This document shows positions 37,143-49,310 of a stretch of DNA of 64,000 nt, in pieces. The DNA comes from Nymphaea colorata. Lineage: Eukaryota. A program made the position numbers and the translations under genes. The DNA is taken from positions 23,994,001-24,058,000 of the forward strand of contig NC_045138.2 in the NCBI RefSeq assembly GCF_008831285.2, written 5' to 3'. The notes beneath the pieces were generated by a model, which made no database searches, had not been told where the DNA came from, and saw only the letters and a program-made list of their open reading frames with translations. Numbering within the stretch: position 1 is the first letter of the stretch; each line of letters opens with the position of its first letter.

Positions 37143-40100
37143 TGTTGGGAAACGTAATGCGGACTCTAAATTAACTCACCTACAAACTCGAATTTATGCG
37201 GAGAAAATCCAGCAAAGTCTCGACGTTCAAAATGATACTCAATAATAACTTTGGCAAAGTATACTTAAACTATTTATTTATCAAAATAAACATTACAGAA
37301 AGAGGCTCAAGAAAACTTACCTCGCCTCACGCAGTGAGCTAATACACCCAATGCCCTTTGCAGCATACACTTGAAACTTCGACACTCGAGTTCACGAAGT
37401 GAACACACGAGCTAACACTCACCAACTCACAAATGGAGCACACGTTCATCTCACAAAGTGGGCACCCAAAATCACTCAACCTGATTTTTCTCACACACTA
37501 CACTCAAGCTCACCAAGTGAGCAACTCACTTTCCATGCTCACACGCTATGCCCTCCATCCCTATTTATAGGGAGGAGTAGTCGGTGGTGGACGTTTCCAC
37601 CACATTCTTAATAATAATTTTTTCTTTAATTTTTTTTATTTGTAATCATTACCTCACGCAGTGACTGCACTTTGATTATCGCAGTAGAGTCTCACTGCAT
37701 AATCCACATTTTGTTTGATGTCTTTCAGTAGTCGCATCAACCACACACATTCTTGTGCTGCTTGAGATGCTGTTCTATACTCTGCTTCGGTTGTAGACAG
37801 TGAAACTATCGGCTGTCTCTTACTGCACCATGAAATCGCACCACTTCCAAGACTGAATGTATATCTAGTGGTTGATTTTCGTGTTGATAAGTCTCCAGCA
37901 TAATCCGCATCACAATGACCAATAACTTGACAAGTTGGCCCCTTCTCATAAAGTATACCAAAGTCAAGAGTTCCTTTGATATACCTTAATATTCTTTTTA
38001 GTGCTTCTTAATGTGGCTTCCTTGGAGTTTGCATAAACCTGCTCACAACACCAACTGCATAGGTAATGTCTGGTCTTGATAATGTTAAGTAGATTAGGCT
38101 TCCAACCAGTTGTCGATACATAGTAACATCGTCGAGCCTGTCTCCTTCATCAATTCTAAGTTTTGCATTGATTTCAATTGGTGTTGAGATAGGTTTGCAA
38201 CTGAGCATACCATACTTACGTAGTAAGTTATGAGCATACTTCTTTTGACTTAAAAATAGTCCTTGAGTTTCGTAATCAATTTTCAATCCAAGGAAGTGTT
38301 GCAACTCCCATAGTTCTTTCATTTCGAATCTTACTGTGAGATGTTCACGAATGAGATTAATTTCTTCATTGTCATCTTCAATAATAATTAAATCATCAAC
38401 ATAAATTAACAAAATAGTAAGTTTCGTACCTCTTGCCTTGACGAAGAGACTTGAATCTGCTGAGGAGACTTGAAATCCACTAAACACCAAAAATTCAGCT
38501 ATTTTCCCGTACCATACTATGGGTGCTTGCTTCAGTCCATAGAGCGCTTTTCTTAACTTGCAGACGTAGTCTGGCTTGTTTGGAGATTTGAATCCCTCAT
38601 GCTGCTCCATATAGATTTCATGATCTAGATCTCCATATAAGAAAGCATTTTTCACATTCATTTGTCATAGCTTCCAGGATTTGCTTGCAGCAATGGCTAT
38701 CAGAATACGTACGGATGTGATCTTCGCAACAGGACTAAAAGTTTCTTCAAAGTCAATATTATATTGCTGAGAAAATCCTCTCGCGACTAGTCGAGCCTTA
38801 TATCTATCAACTGAGCCATCTGTCTTTCTTTTTATTTTGTAAACCCACTTACAAGTAACGGGCTTTACTCCTATAGGCTTTGGTACGAGCTCCCAGGTTT
38901 CGTTATGCTCCAATGCCTTCATTTCATCTTTCATTGTTGATTGTCATTTTTCAACATATTTTGCTTCTTCAAAAGAAGCAGGCTCGATTTCCTCCATGAT
39001 GACACAGTCTGCATCTACATACTTGGGATTTGGTTTTGGTATTTTCGTTTATCTTCTTAATGTTATGGGTGCTCCTTCTGGCTCTTCAAGTTGTGATGGT
39101 CTTTCTTCTTTCTGCACTTCTTTGTTGAACAGGACTTACTCCTGTTCTCCATGGATCTGCACGTTCTTCTTATCTTGGGGGATAAACTTCTTTATCTAGC
39201 TGTCTTGCTTCTATGTCTTCAGGCTCAGGCTCTCCTTGGTTCATCTCGAATTGTATTTTGTTTCAAACATCTTTCTCAAAAACTGGAGAGTCTGGAAGCG
39301 CTTTATTTTCTCTGACCACCACGATGATGCTTCATCGAATATGACGTCGCGAGAAACATGAACTTGACCTGTGCTAGGATCAGCACATCGTCATCCCTTC
39401 CGATATTGATCATATCCAACAAAGACACATCTCTGTGCCTTTTTGTCGAACTTAGTCCTGTGCCGTTCAGATATAAAGACATAACATACACAACCAAATA
39501 CTCTAAAATAGCTCACAGATGGCTTCTTTTTATAAAGCATTTCATATGGAGACTTGAAATTAAATCTCGGCATTGGTAGTCGATTGATTACATGTACAGC
39601 AGTGCTGACACATTCGGCCCAAAATTTTGGTGGCATGTTCTTTGCATGCTTCATGCTTCGACATGTTTCTGCTATGTGGCGATTTTTTCGTTCTGCCACT
39701 CCATTTTGTTGTGGCGTATAGGCACATGTGAATTGTCTTCGAATACCATGTTGCCTCAGGTATGCCATAAACATGTCAAATGTATATTCGCCACCATTAT
39801 CGATGCGTAGACACCGAATTCTATACCCCAAATTCTTTTTGCACCATCTGGTGAAACTCCTTAAATTTTTTAAGTGCTTCAGACTTCTCTTTCATGAAAT
39901 AGACCCAAGTATACCTTGAAAAATCATCAATAAATGTGATAAAATACCACTTACCTCCAACTGATGGGTCTGGTACTTTGCTGAATACATCTGAATGCAC
40001 AAGCCCAAATGGTGCTTTAGCTCTATACTTCGATTCTTTGAATGGCCTCCTATGCGTCTTTCCATACTGACATCCAGGGCATACTTTGTTTGTACGTACC

Positions 40101-42217
40101 TCAAGCTTGGGCAGGCCAATCAACTGTCCTTTATTAGACATTTCCCGGAGTTTGTTGTATCCAACATGAGCAAGTCTCTCATGCCAAATATCTGCAGTGT
40201 CATGCTTCTTTGCTTTGTCAATATATGTTGTTTCTGCGGACAAGACATATATTGACTCAATTTTCCTTCCTTCAAATATGGGAGTTCCTTGAAAATCTTT
40301 GTCTCTATAAACTTTCACATCATTTGGGCCGAACACGACATAGTGCCCTAACACTGTAAGTTGTGGCACAGACAACAGATTCTTAGTCATTCCTGGAACA
40401 TGATAAACGTTCCGTAAAATACGGTCTTTGCCAAAGTTGGCTACAACCTCTGCTTCTCCAATATGTGCCACTAGGAGCTTTGTGTTGTTAGCAATAACAA
40501 CAACTCGATTTCCTTCATATTCTTTTATACTTACAAACTTGCTCTCATCACCAATCATATGATTTGAGCATCCAGAATCAATTATCCAATCAGTTTGATA
40601 ATTGATCTTCTCTTCTTTTTCTTTTACGGGTTTTGTATGAGCGGAATTGCATCTTTCTTGTGTAATATCCTCTTTAACCTCCATTGAGTACAGAAATGAA
40701 CTTTTCTGTACAGTCTCGTTAGCTCCCCCATATTGCTTACTTGTCGTGACTGTATTTTCTTCATTTATTCTGACTCTGCAGTCACGAGCAAGATGACTCA
40801 GTCTTCCACATCTAAAACACTTTTTATTTGGTCTCCACTGTTGTGTAGTTTCTCTTGTTTTCTTTTCTATATTTTTCTCCTTCTTTTCGTCAATATTCCT
40901 ACTTGGAGACCGAATGACTGGCTTAGCTGGCCAACGTGATCTCTGACCCTTACTAAACAATGCTTCATCATTATTTCCTTTGAGAGAAAGCCCAACCATT
41001 TGCTTCGCTAAAGTTTCTTGATTGATCAAGAGATTCTCTAATTTCAACAAAGTTGGTTGAACTGGCCAGCCTTGAACACGAATTATAAAACTGCCAAATT
41101 CTAAACGAAGTCCACGAACAAGGATTCTCCGTATACGGGCCTCACTAATTTTAGACTCAGGGTCAATTTGAGAAATTTCTCTACAAATATTTTTAACCTT
41201 CATAAAATACTCTGCTATCATCATATTTCCCTGAGTTAATGTAGCTAATTCATTTTCTAACAATTGTAGGCGGGCATCATTAGCTCTAGAAAATAGTGTT
41301 GCAAAAGCATCCTATGCTTCTTTAGGAGTCTTGACATCACGTATATGCTCTAATAAATCTTTCTCAATAGATACCTTAATTGCAAATAGTGCTTTCCCTG
41401 CTTTGATCATCCATTTCTTCTTCACTTCCTCGTCGACAGGAATATTTGTGTCTGATCCCAAAACTATCTCCCATAATTCCTGTCCTAGAAAATATGACTC
41501 TATGCAAGATTTCTAATAGCCATAATTGCTATTGTTAAGCTTCTCAATATTATTTAATGCAACCGCTAATGCCGCCATAATTTCAGAATATAATTGGCCC
41601 AATTAATCTCACTAGTAAAACGGCCCTTAGACAGAACCTCGCTCTGATACCACTTGTTGGGAAACGTAATGCGGGCCCTAAATTAACTCAGCTACAAACT
41701 CGAATTTATGCGGAGAAAATCCAGCAGAGTCTCGACGTTCAAAATGATACTCAATAATAACTTTGGCAAAGTATACTTAAACTATTTATTCATCAAAATA
41801 AACATTACAGAAGGAGGCTCAAGAAAACTCACCTCGCCTCACGCAGTGAGCTAATACACCCAATGCCCTTTGCAGCATACACTTGAAACTTCGACACTCG
41901 AGTTCACGAAGTGAACACACGAGCTAACACTCACCAGCTCACAAATGGAGCACACGTTCATCTCACAAAGTGGGCACCCAAGATCACTCAACCTGATTTT
42001 TCTCACACACTACACTCAAGCTCACCAAGTGAGCAAGTCACTTTCCATGTTCACACGCTATGCCCTCCATCCCTATTTATAGGGAGGAGTAGTCAGTGGT
42101 GGACGTTTCCACCACATTCTTAATAATAATTTTTTCTTTAATTTTTTTTATAGGAAGAGGCTCGTAGCCTCTTGGTTCTTCTCGACTATTCCCAAGAGTC
42201 GGTGATGACTCTCTACA
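37143..42217 (-). mobile_element. Ty1/copia LTR retrotransposon (element 2) with a 3' internal deletion
   Basis: 5' LTR 41655-42217, truncated 3' LTR 37143-37638. Perfect TSD GGCTA at 37138-37142 and 42218-42222. PBS (GCTCTGATACCA on +) at 41641-41652. Confidence 0.96.
37665..41578 (-). pseudogene. Disrupted gag-pol of copia element 2
   Basis: ATG 41578; CFRCGRLSHLARDC, WIIDSGCS, LVHSDVF, DNGGEY, QQNGVAERKNR, RT YVDDL. RNase H is cut off just after CDNQSA. Several stops. Confidence 0.94.
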
Positions 42218-43194
42218 GGCTAATAATAGGAAAGCCAATTTGGATGTTCCGCAGGGTTAGATCCGAAAAATGCTTTGGAGAAATATCTGCAAATGTTATG
42301 TCAGAAGACCAAGTAAATTTTATTCTTACTATCGTTATATATATAGTAGCATAACAGAAGAGTGAGGGGTGTCATGGACTTTACCCGGCATTTTAAATGT
42401 GGAGGCCAACACTGGCGGTAATTGCGGGCCAGTTAACACGACCAGCTCTGGCGATAAAATAGCGGTATAGATGTGCAATCACTGACGCAAGCTCTTTTTG
42501 CCAAAGAGCAATGGCGGTCCGTTCTCTGGCACGTCTTTTGGCACTAAAATAGTGCCAACATATCGTGTATACTGGCACTATTTTAACAAAGGAGCAATTG
42601 TTGTTCTTATACTTTGTTTCTTATATACATCGATGTCCCTTAAATCTACAATTTCTTATATGATCAGAAATTTGGTTCATTATATATTAGTGCACATCAG
42701 CTTTACATCTCTAGCTCCATTGGTGTAGATAACTGATCTGAAATTAAAATAAGAATTCTCAAATTTTCATTTTAAGATAATATGAGGCTCAGTGCTTGCT
42801 TTTCAACATATGCACACTCAAACATTGCCCATGTATATTGTATATACACATCGGCTTTCAGAGAAACTCCAAAAAGCTGCTTCATTTCTGAAGGCAAGTA
42901 ACTCAAACAAGACTAATGGGCCCATTTTATTGCAAATCAACATGAAGAATCTTTTCAATTGTTGATAGTCAATTTTGATAGTTTTCTCAAGACATTGAAA
43001 GGGGAACATGTGGTTTCTGGTATATGCCTTATGTCCTGACAATGCTACTGGTGAAACTATGACATTATGTGATGATGCACAAACATAACCTTATCAAGCA
43101 GGATCCTATCAAAGCTGTGACAAGCTTGAGGGGCATGTTAAAGACAGAAGGTCTTTGATGAAGATGAAAGAACATTGGTTCAGTTTTGGATGTG

Positions 43195-43475
43195 AATGTG
43201 ACTTTTCAATCACTTTTTGCCTATGCTCAATACATAAAATCAAATATATCAATGCCATATACTATGAAATCACTCACCATAGTTGTGGGTTTCACAAATA
43301 GTGAGTCTCGGTCAAACTCTAGGGTGAACTATAAATGTGACTTTTCAATCACTTTGTGCCTATGCTCAATATATAAAATCAAATATATCAATGTCATATA
43401 CTATGAAATCACTCACCAATTATAGTTGTGGGTTTCACAAATAGTGAGTCTCGGTTGAACTCTAAGGTGAACTAT
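43195..43475. repeat. ~140-bp tandem duplication
   Basis: AATGTGACTTTTCAATCACTTT...GGTGAACTAT twice (43195-43332, 43335-43475). Confidence 0.92.
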
Positions 43476-44632
43476 TTGACTATCAATATAGTAAGTGGAA
43501 TCAAGAGAGCATAAGAGTTGTAACACTCAAACAAAACACTTCTATTACTAGAAATTGTCATGCTATAAAATAGTTCAATAGTGTTGCATGAACTCTTTTA
43601 ACTTGTACAAAAGGTTTACACTTAGTGAGAAAAGTTAAACAAACAAAAGAAAATTAAAAATTCTAAGTACAACTGTGGCATTTCACTTGAAGATGTTTGA
43701 GCCATTTCATCTTCAATGAATCCCTCAATTTCCAACACCAGCAACTCTTGATCTCTTTGTTATCACTTCATCTCCCTCTGGAGTGGATTGTGAAATGCAC
43801 AAAAAGGTACTCAGCTCCAAAATGTATCATAGAGTAAAAATGGCAACTACATGAAGCTACCTCAACACAAAAAACAAGACACTAGATTATGTGCTCATGT
43901 ATGTTTAGATATAGATTGGTTGTTCGGGGAAAATATCAACTTATCACTAGTATCTTTAGTCAAAAGTTGTCTAAACTTGGTTCGTGTTGGTTAACCCAAG
44001 TCTAAACTAGTTCACTTGTTACCTTACGTAAACATAAAAATATGCAGCATACCTTACGTAAACACTATAAATAGTAAATTACAAAAAGTAATAATCTAAA
44101 CTACCAAACTACAACGAGAAATGTGCAAATATTACCAACATTCAACACATTGTGCACTTTGTCTCTATAGAACATGGAAAACAATCCACATGTAAAAACT
44201 AAATAGATCCAATAGTTAACGACTCATTTTCACATACAAACTATCTTTAAACCAAAAATAACTATTTCTCCTAAAAACTGTATTATAAATTACAAAAAAT
44301 GCAACAAGAATAACACATAAGATTAAAGTGTGGCTTTTCTTCTCTAGAACAAGGAAAATAACTGACACACTCTTAAACTAGTCATATATAATGATTAACA
44401 ATTAGCTTTCACTTAAAAATTAATTTAAACACAAAATGTACTATACAACAATAGGTTTGGCATTAAAACCTCACAAGAAACGAGACAATATATATATACT
44501 TGCTTCCTGAGAAGCCATAAAATGCAATTTGCAATATTAAATCAAATATACTTAAGGATGGACAACTAATATTTACCTCAGTTTAAAATAATAACTAAAT
44601 TAAAAACTATAATTAATCTACTGAAAATTAGG

Positions 44633-45065
44633 CAAGGCTGCACAACGAGTCAAGCTCAACTTTACTTGAACTCGACTTGTTTATAAACAAGTTGAGCTCG
44701 AGTTCACATGTACACTCAAAATGTTAATCGAGCTGAGTTTGAGTTGTAAAACTTGACTCGTTTAAACTCTACTTGGCTTAACTACATAATAAATGTTGAA
44801 TTATAATGAAAAAAATACTTGAGCAAGTAGCAACTAAACAAGTTAATTGAATTAAATGAGTTAACGAGCTAAACAAAAAAAGACATGCTTAATGTAAATG
44901 AGTTAAGTGAGTTAAACAATACGAGTTTGACCTTGATTTTGTATTGTCAAGTCCAGCTCATGGTTGTTTTATCAAGCTCGAATCGAGATTGAGATCGAGG
45001 TTTTTGAGTCGAGTCCATCTCGGGCTGGCCCACCTCAAGCTCAACTCAGCTCATGTGCAGCCCTA
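44633..45065. mobile_element. Non-autonomous hAT-type element (MITE)
   Basis: TIRs CAAGGCTGCAC / GTGCAGCCCTA, perfect 8-bp TSD AAATTAGG (44625-44632, 45066-45073), subterminal GAGCT/CTCGA repeats. Confidence 0.92.
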
Positions 45066-45929
45066 AAATTAGGTCTATACTAGCCAATAGACCTATAAAA
45101 CTGCAAGTTAGTGGCTCTATACTTATTTTGCACTAAAACTATGAATAAAACTACTTTTTATACTATAAATAATTACATTCATGAATTAAACTCATATATT
45201 ATGCTGTTGCTATAGAAATTCTTATAAAAACATCATTTAAAACACAGAAAACAAAGGAAAATGTAACCGTCTAGTCAATGTGTACATAGTCTACAAGTAA
45301 AAATTATGCACAAAACATAATCACATAACTTAGACATAGAAATGACACTACTAACATCTAGATAATTATTAAATCCATGAAAGAAATATGCAACTGCAGC
45401 CAAATACAAAATTATTTATCTATTAGGCATGCGAACACCTAGCAGCCCGGAACCTTAACAGCAAGCTGCTAAATTATAACAAGACTATATAAATTGTATT
45501 TCAATGCCTAAGCAACAAGTTCAGCTAATTATTAACAATTTCTACACTAATTACCCCAAAACACAAACTAGTACTATGAGAAACATGACAAAATATAATA
45601 TGACAAGTTGTAAAGTTGAGCGAAAATCTAGTGCCCAAATATGGACTTGTCGGAAACCAGTCAGCACTCTAAAATTTGATTCTAAAACAGGATTTAACAC
45701 ATATTGTACAAAAATTTAAGGAATTAAATAACAACATAAATATTAAACTAGCTAAAGAACACCCAGGAACCCCAAAGTATCCAAAAATCTGATGTAGGGC
45801 GCCTAATCTGTGAAGCTATTGTAGAAGCTAAAGTAAAATCATGTGCACATTAACTTGAAAACAAAGGGAAAATAGAGTGTGTTACATTGCAGTTTACAGC
45901 CAAAACACTATATTAAACACTACTTACCA

Positions 45930-46122
45930 CAAGTTTAACTAAAAAGTACAAAATTTAGCATAAAATATATCTAAATGCAAATTCATACTACATAAAAGCA
46001 CGACAAAATATAACATAAAAACTGCTCAAGTTTAACTAAAAAGTACAAAATTTAGCATAAAATATATCTAAATGCAAACTCATACTACAGAAAATGCAAC
46101 GAAATATAACATAAAAATTGTT
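45930..46122. repeat. ~97-bp tandem duplication
   Basis: CAAGTTTAACTAAAAAGTACAAAATTTAGCATAAAATATATCTAAATGCAAA... at 45930 and 46027. Confidence 0.9.
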
Positions 46123-49100
46123 GTAAAAAGATCGAACTTTGATACTTGAAAACTTGCTTGAAATCCAGCCCAATCACTAAAATCAAGCATAGAACATTAT
46201 CAAACAACAAATAGGCTTCATACAAACTAATCCACAACAAGATAAATATTAAATTTATCTAAAAGAATCAATCTCAAATAATTTGTCAGCATGTGTTGAC
46301 GTCTCTAACATGCTCAAACAGATTTTTAAGTGACACTAACTAGCAATAACAATGGCCCTAAATCTAACTAACTAGCATTAAGCATTCAACTAGAAAACAA
46401 CTATAAACATCCTAATAGTAACTTGAATGCACAAAACTACAACTAAGAACTAACACTAATTACAATTAAAGGAATCAATAATGAAATGAAGGGATGGATA
46501 AACCCAGTGCCTTTTTCAAGCTATTACACTAGGAAAATCCCAAATTTACAAAACATTTACTGTATAATTAATCAAATATAAACTCAAACCTACCTTAATG
46601 TCCACATGAGCATTAGTATATTAATGGTAAACATAAAAGAGAATGTAGGGGAAATCTAGAGTTTAGGTTTGGTTGCTGCCAACACTCACCAGACAACCTA
46701 TAGAGCTGCTAAGAAGCTCCTATATTTGCCTTCTAACTTGAAACCCTATTCTATGAACATGAAGTTCACACTGCTACAACATAAAACAATAGAAACCTAG
46801 CAGCCACACGAGTCCTATATGTTGGAAAATGAAGGACCTATAGCTAAACGATGGAAAAATAATGAGTAAACAAAAGATCTTACTTTGATTTATTGCCCTA
46901 GTTGAAATATGAAAGGAAAACACTTAAATCAATCATGCAACCATGATTTCTGAAAGGACTCCATGGGTTTAGCAGAAAAACACCTAAAATTGAGGTGAAC
47001 TTTCCTTGAAATTTATCAAGTCCATTGGAACTTTGTGGTTCTACCTAGGATCACAACATAGTAAGATGCAACAAAAGCAAAACATAGTAGAAGAGAACAA
47101 TAAAACAAGAGATAGAAATAGAACAAAAAATTGGTGATTTCAAAGGATATTATTGATGTGCTTCAAGGAGCTACAGTTGTATGGTAGTAACAACCATTTG
47201 TGCATTGAGAGTGTTGGACTTTTGTTTTTGGCCACCTTGTATGCTAGGCAGTGACAAGGCTTTTCAGTTTTTTATGTAACTCTTGATGAGGTTGTTGGCA
47301 ATATACGTGCACACTGTAACTACCAAGCTTGAAAGATAATTGCCAAGAACAAAATTCTCATCAAGATGGAGAAAGGAAAGGTAAGGTTGGATCCAAACAA
47401 GATCTTGAGGATAAAGGAAAGAGAGAGAAAGGAAAGAGTTCAACAAGTGCTCCATTTATCTCCCAATAACAAGTGTTCTTTCTCACTTTTCCCCCATCCA
47501 AACAACTGCATCATTTAATTTTCCTTTCCTTTTTTTCCCTTACCCCTGTAAGTCAAGAGTGATGCAATTGAAATGCCAATACAAAATCTGTCCAAAGAGA
47601 CTCTTACAGTGAATGAATATTTTTACTAGGCAAAGACTCTTGCCCATCAACTGATAATGGAGTCTAAACTAGTAGATGAAAAAAACTTAATTCTTCACAA
47701 CTTGAGAGGACTCTCAACATAATATTGTTGAATGTTGTGCCTCTTGCCAATCTCCCTGGGATGCTATGTCCAAGAAGTTCAACCTAAATATCAAAAAGAT
47801 AAGTCAAGCAATTCAGTGATGTATGAAGCCAATTTTTTCCAACACAACTTTGAGTGTAAGCAACCCTACTTCAGTCAAGGAGAAATTTTTTACCATGGAA
47901 GAAGCGGTCAACCTTGAGGAAGAGTAGGTGAATCTCAAGCAAGAGACAATGGTGGATTTTGGGGTTGGGGGGGTGGCAGGGTGGTGACTTCAACTACAAG
48001 CCTCACATAATTTGTCAATATTGTAACAAACCTAGCACTCTACCAAAATGTGTTTCAAAAATAATAAGAAATGAGAAAACTTTGAATCGTATAGCACTAT
48101 AGATGATGATGCCAAAGCCTATCATGCTATTGCACCCAATATGCTTGATGACAATTGTTGATTTCCTTATTCAGGGGCCACCATTATGTGACTAACAGCC
48201 TTGAATCTCTATCCGTTCATGATACTTGCATTGGTGGTGACTCTACAAAAATGGAAACGGCTCTAGCATGACCATAAAGGACATTGGTAATATCTATTTC
48301 TCTCCTCCTTATGATTCATTATTGTCAAAGAATGTTTACATGCTATGCATATGGTTCACAAGTTGCTATTAGTAAATAAGTTATGCAATGATAATAATTT
48401 TGTCTTTCAATTCCACCCTAACAAATGTGTTGTGAAAAAGCAAGGCATAGGTAGAGAAATTATTAGTGGAACAACACACAAAAGTCTATATTGGATCCAA
48501 CTTCCTCATTCGGAGTAAGTTCAAAAGGATGAAAAATCAGCTTTCTTGGAAAAGCGTGCTTCGATGGGACATTGGCATGAAAGGATAAGTCATTTGTCTT
48601 TCTCCATAGCCAAAAATACGATTAATAAATTTTAGTTGCTATCATTTATTTCAGCAAATCAAAATGAACTTTGTGATGCACCTTTTTGTTTCAACTCTCA
48701 TGTTTTACGTTTCTTTAGTCCAGAAAATGTTGTTAAAGAACCTTTGGAAATAATTTGTTTAAATGATTGGAAATCAGCTTCTACTTCAAGCTTGAATAAG
48801 TTTCGATATTATATCATATTTGTTGATTACTTATCAAAATTTACTTGGATTTATTTACTTGCTCATAAATATGACATTGCTCTTGCCTTCAAGAAGTTTA
48901 AGTTGAAAGCCTTTTTTACCACAAGATTAAATTTTTTCAATCAAATGGTGGTGGTGAATTTTCTTCTTTTGAAAACTTCATTAAAAAAATGGTATACAGA
49001 GAATGACATTTTGCAGTTATACCCATGAGCAAAGCGGTTATGCAAAAAAAAGACATAGAATGATTGTTGAAAATGTCTTATTTGCTAATACGATATGGAT

Positions 49101-49310
49101 TAACACCGGCTTTCTGGTCATATGCCCTTACCATTGCAATATATTTGATCAATCAAATGCCCACAAGTGTTTTAAAAAATAAGTCTGCATATAAACTTTT
49201 GTATCATTGGCCACCAAATTATAAGTTTCTCAAAGTGTTCAGTTGTAGTGTGTACCCTTACCTAGAACCATATAGGAAAAACAAACTTGGACCCAAATCT
49301 AAATGTCATA

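Noticed and set aside
43900..47250. Long A-rich, strand-skewed region as a CACTA or Helitron body
   Set aside because: No termini, TSD or transposase remnant found apart from the hAT MITE at 44633-45065.
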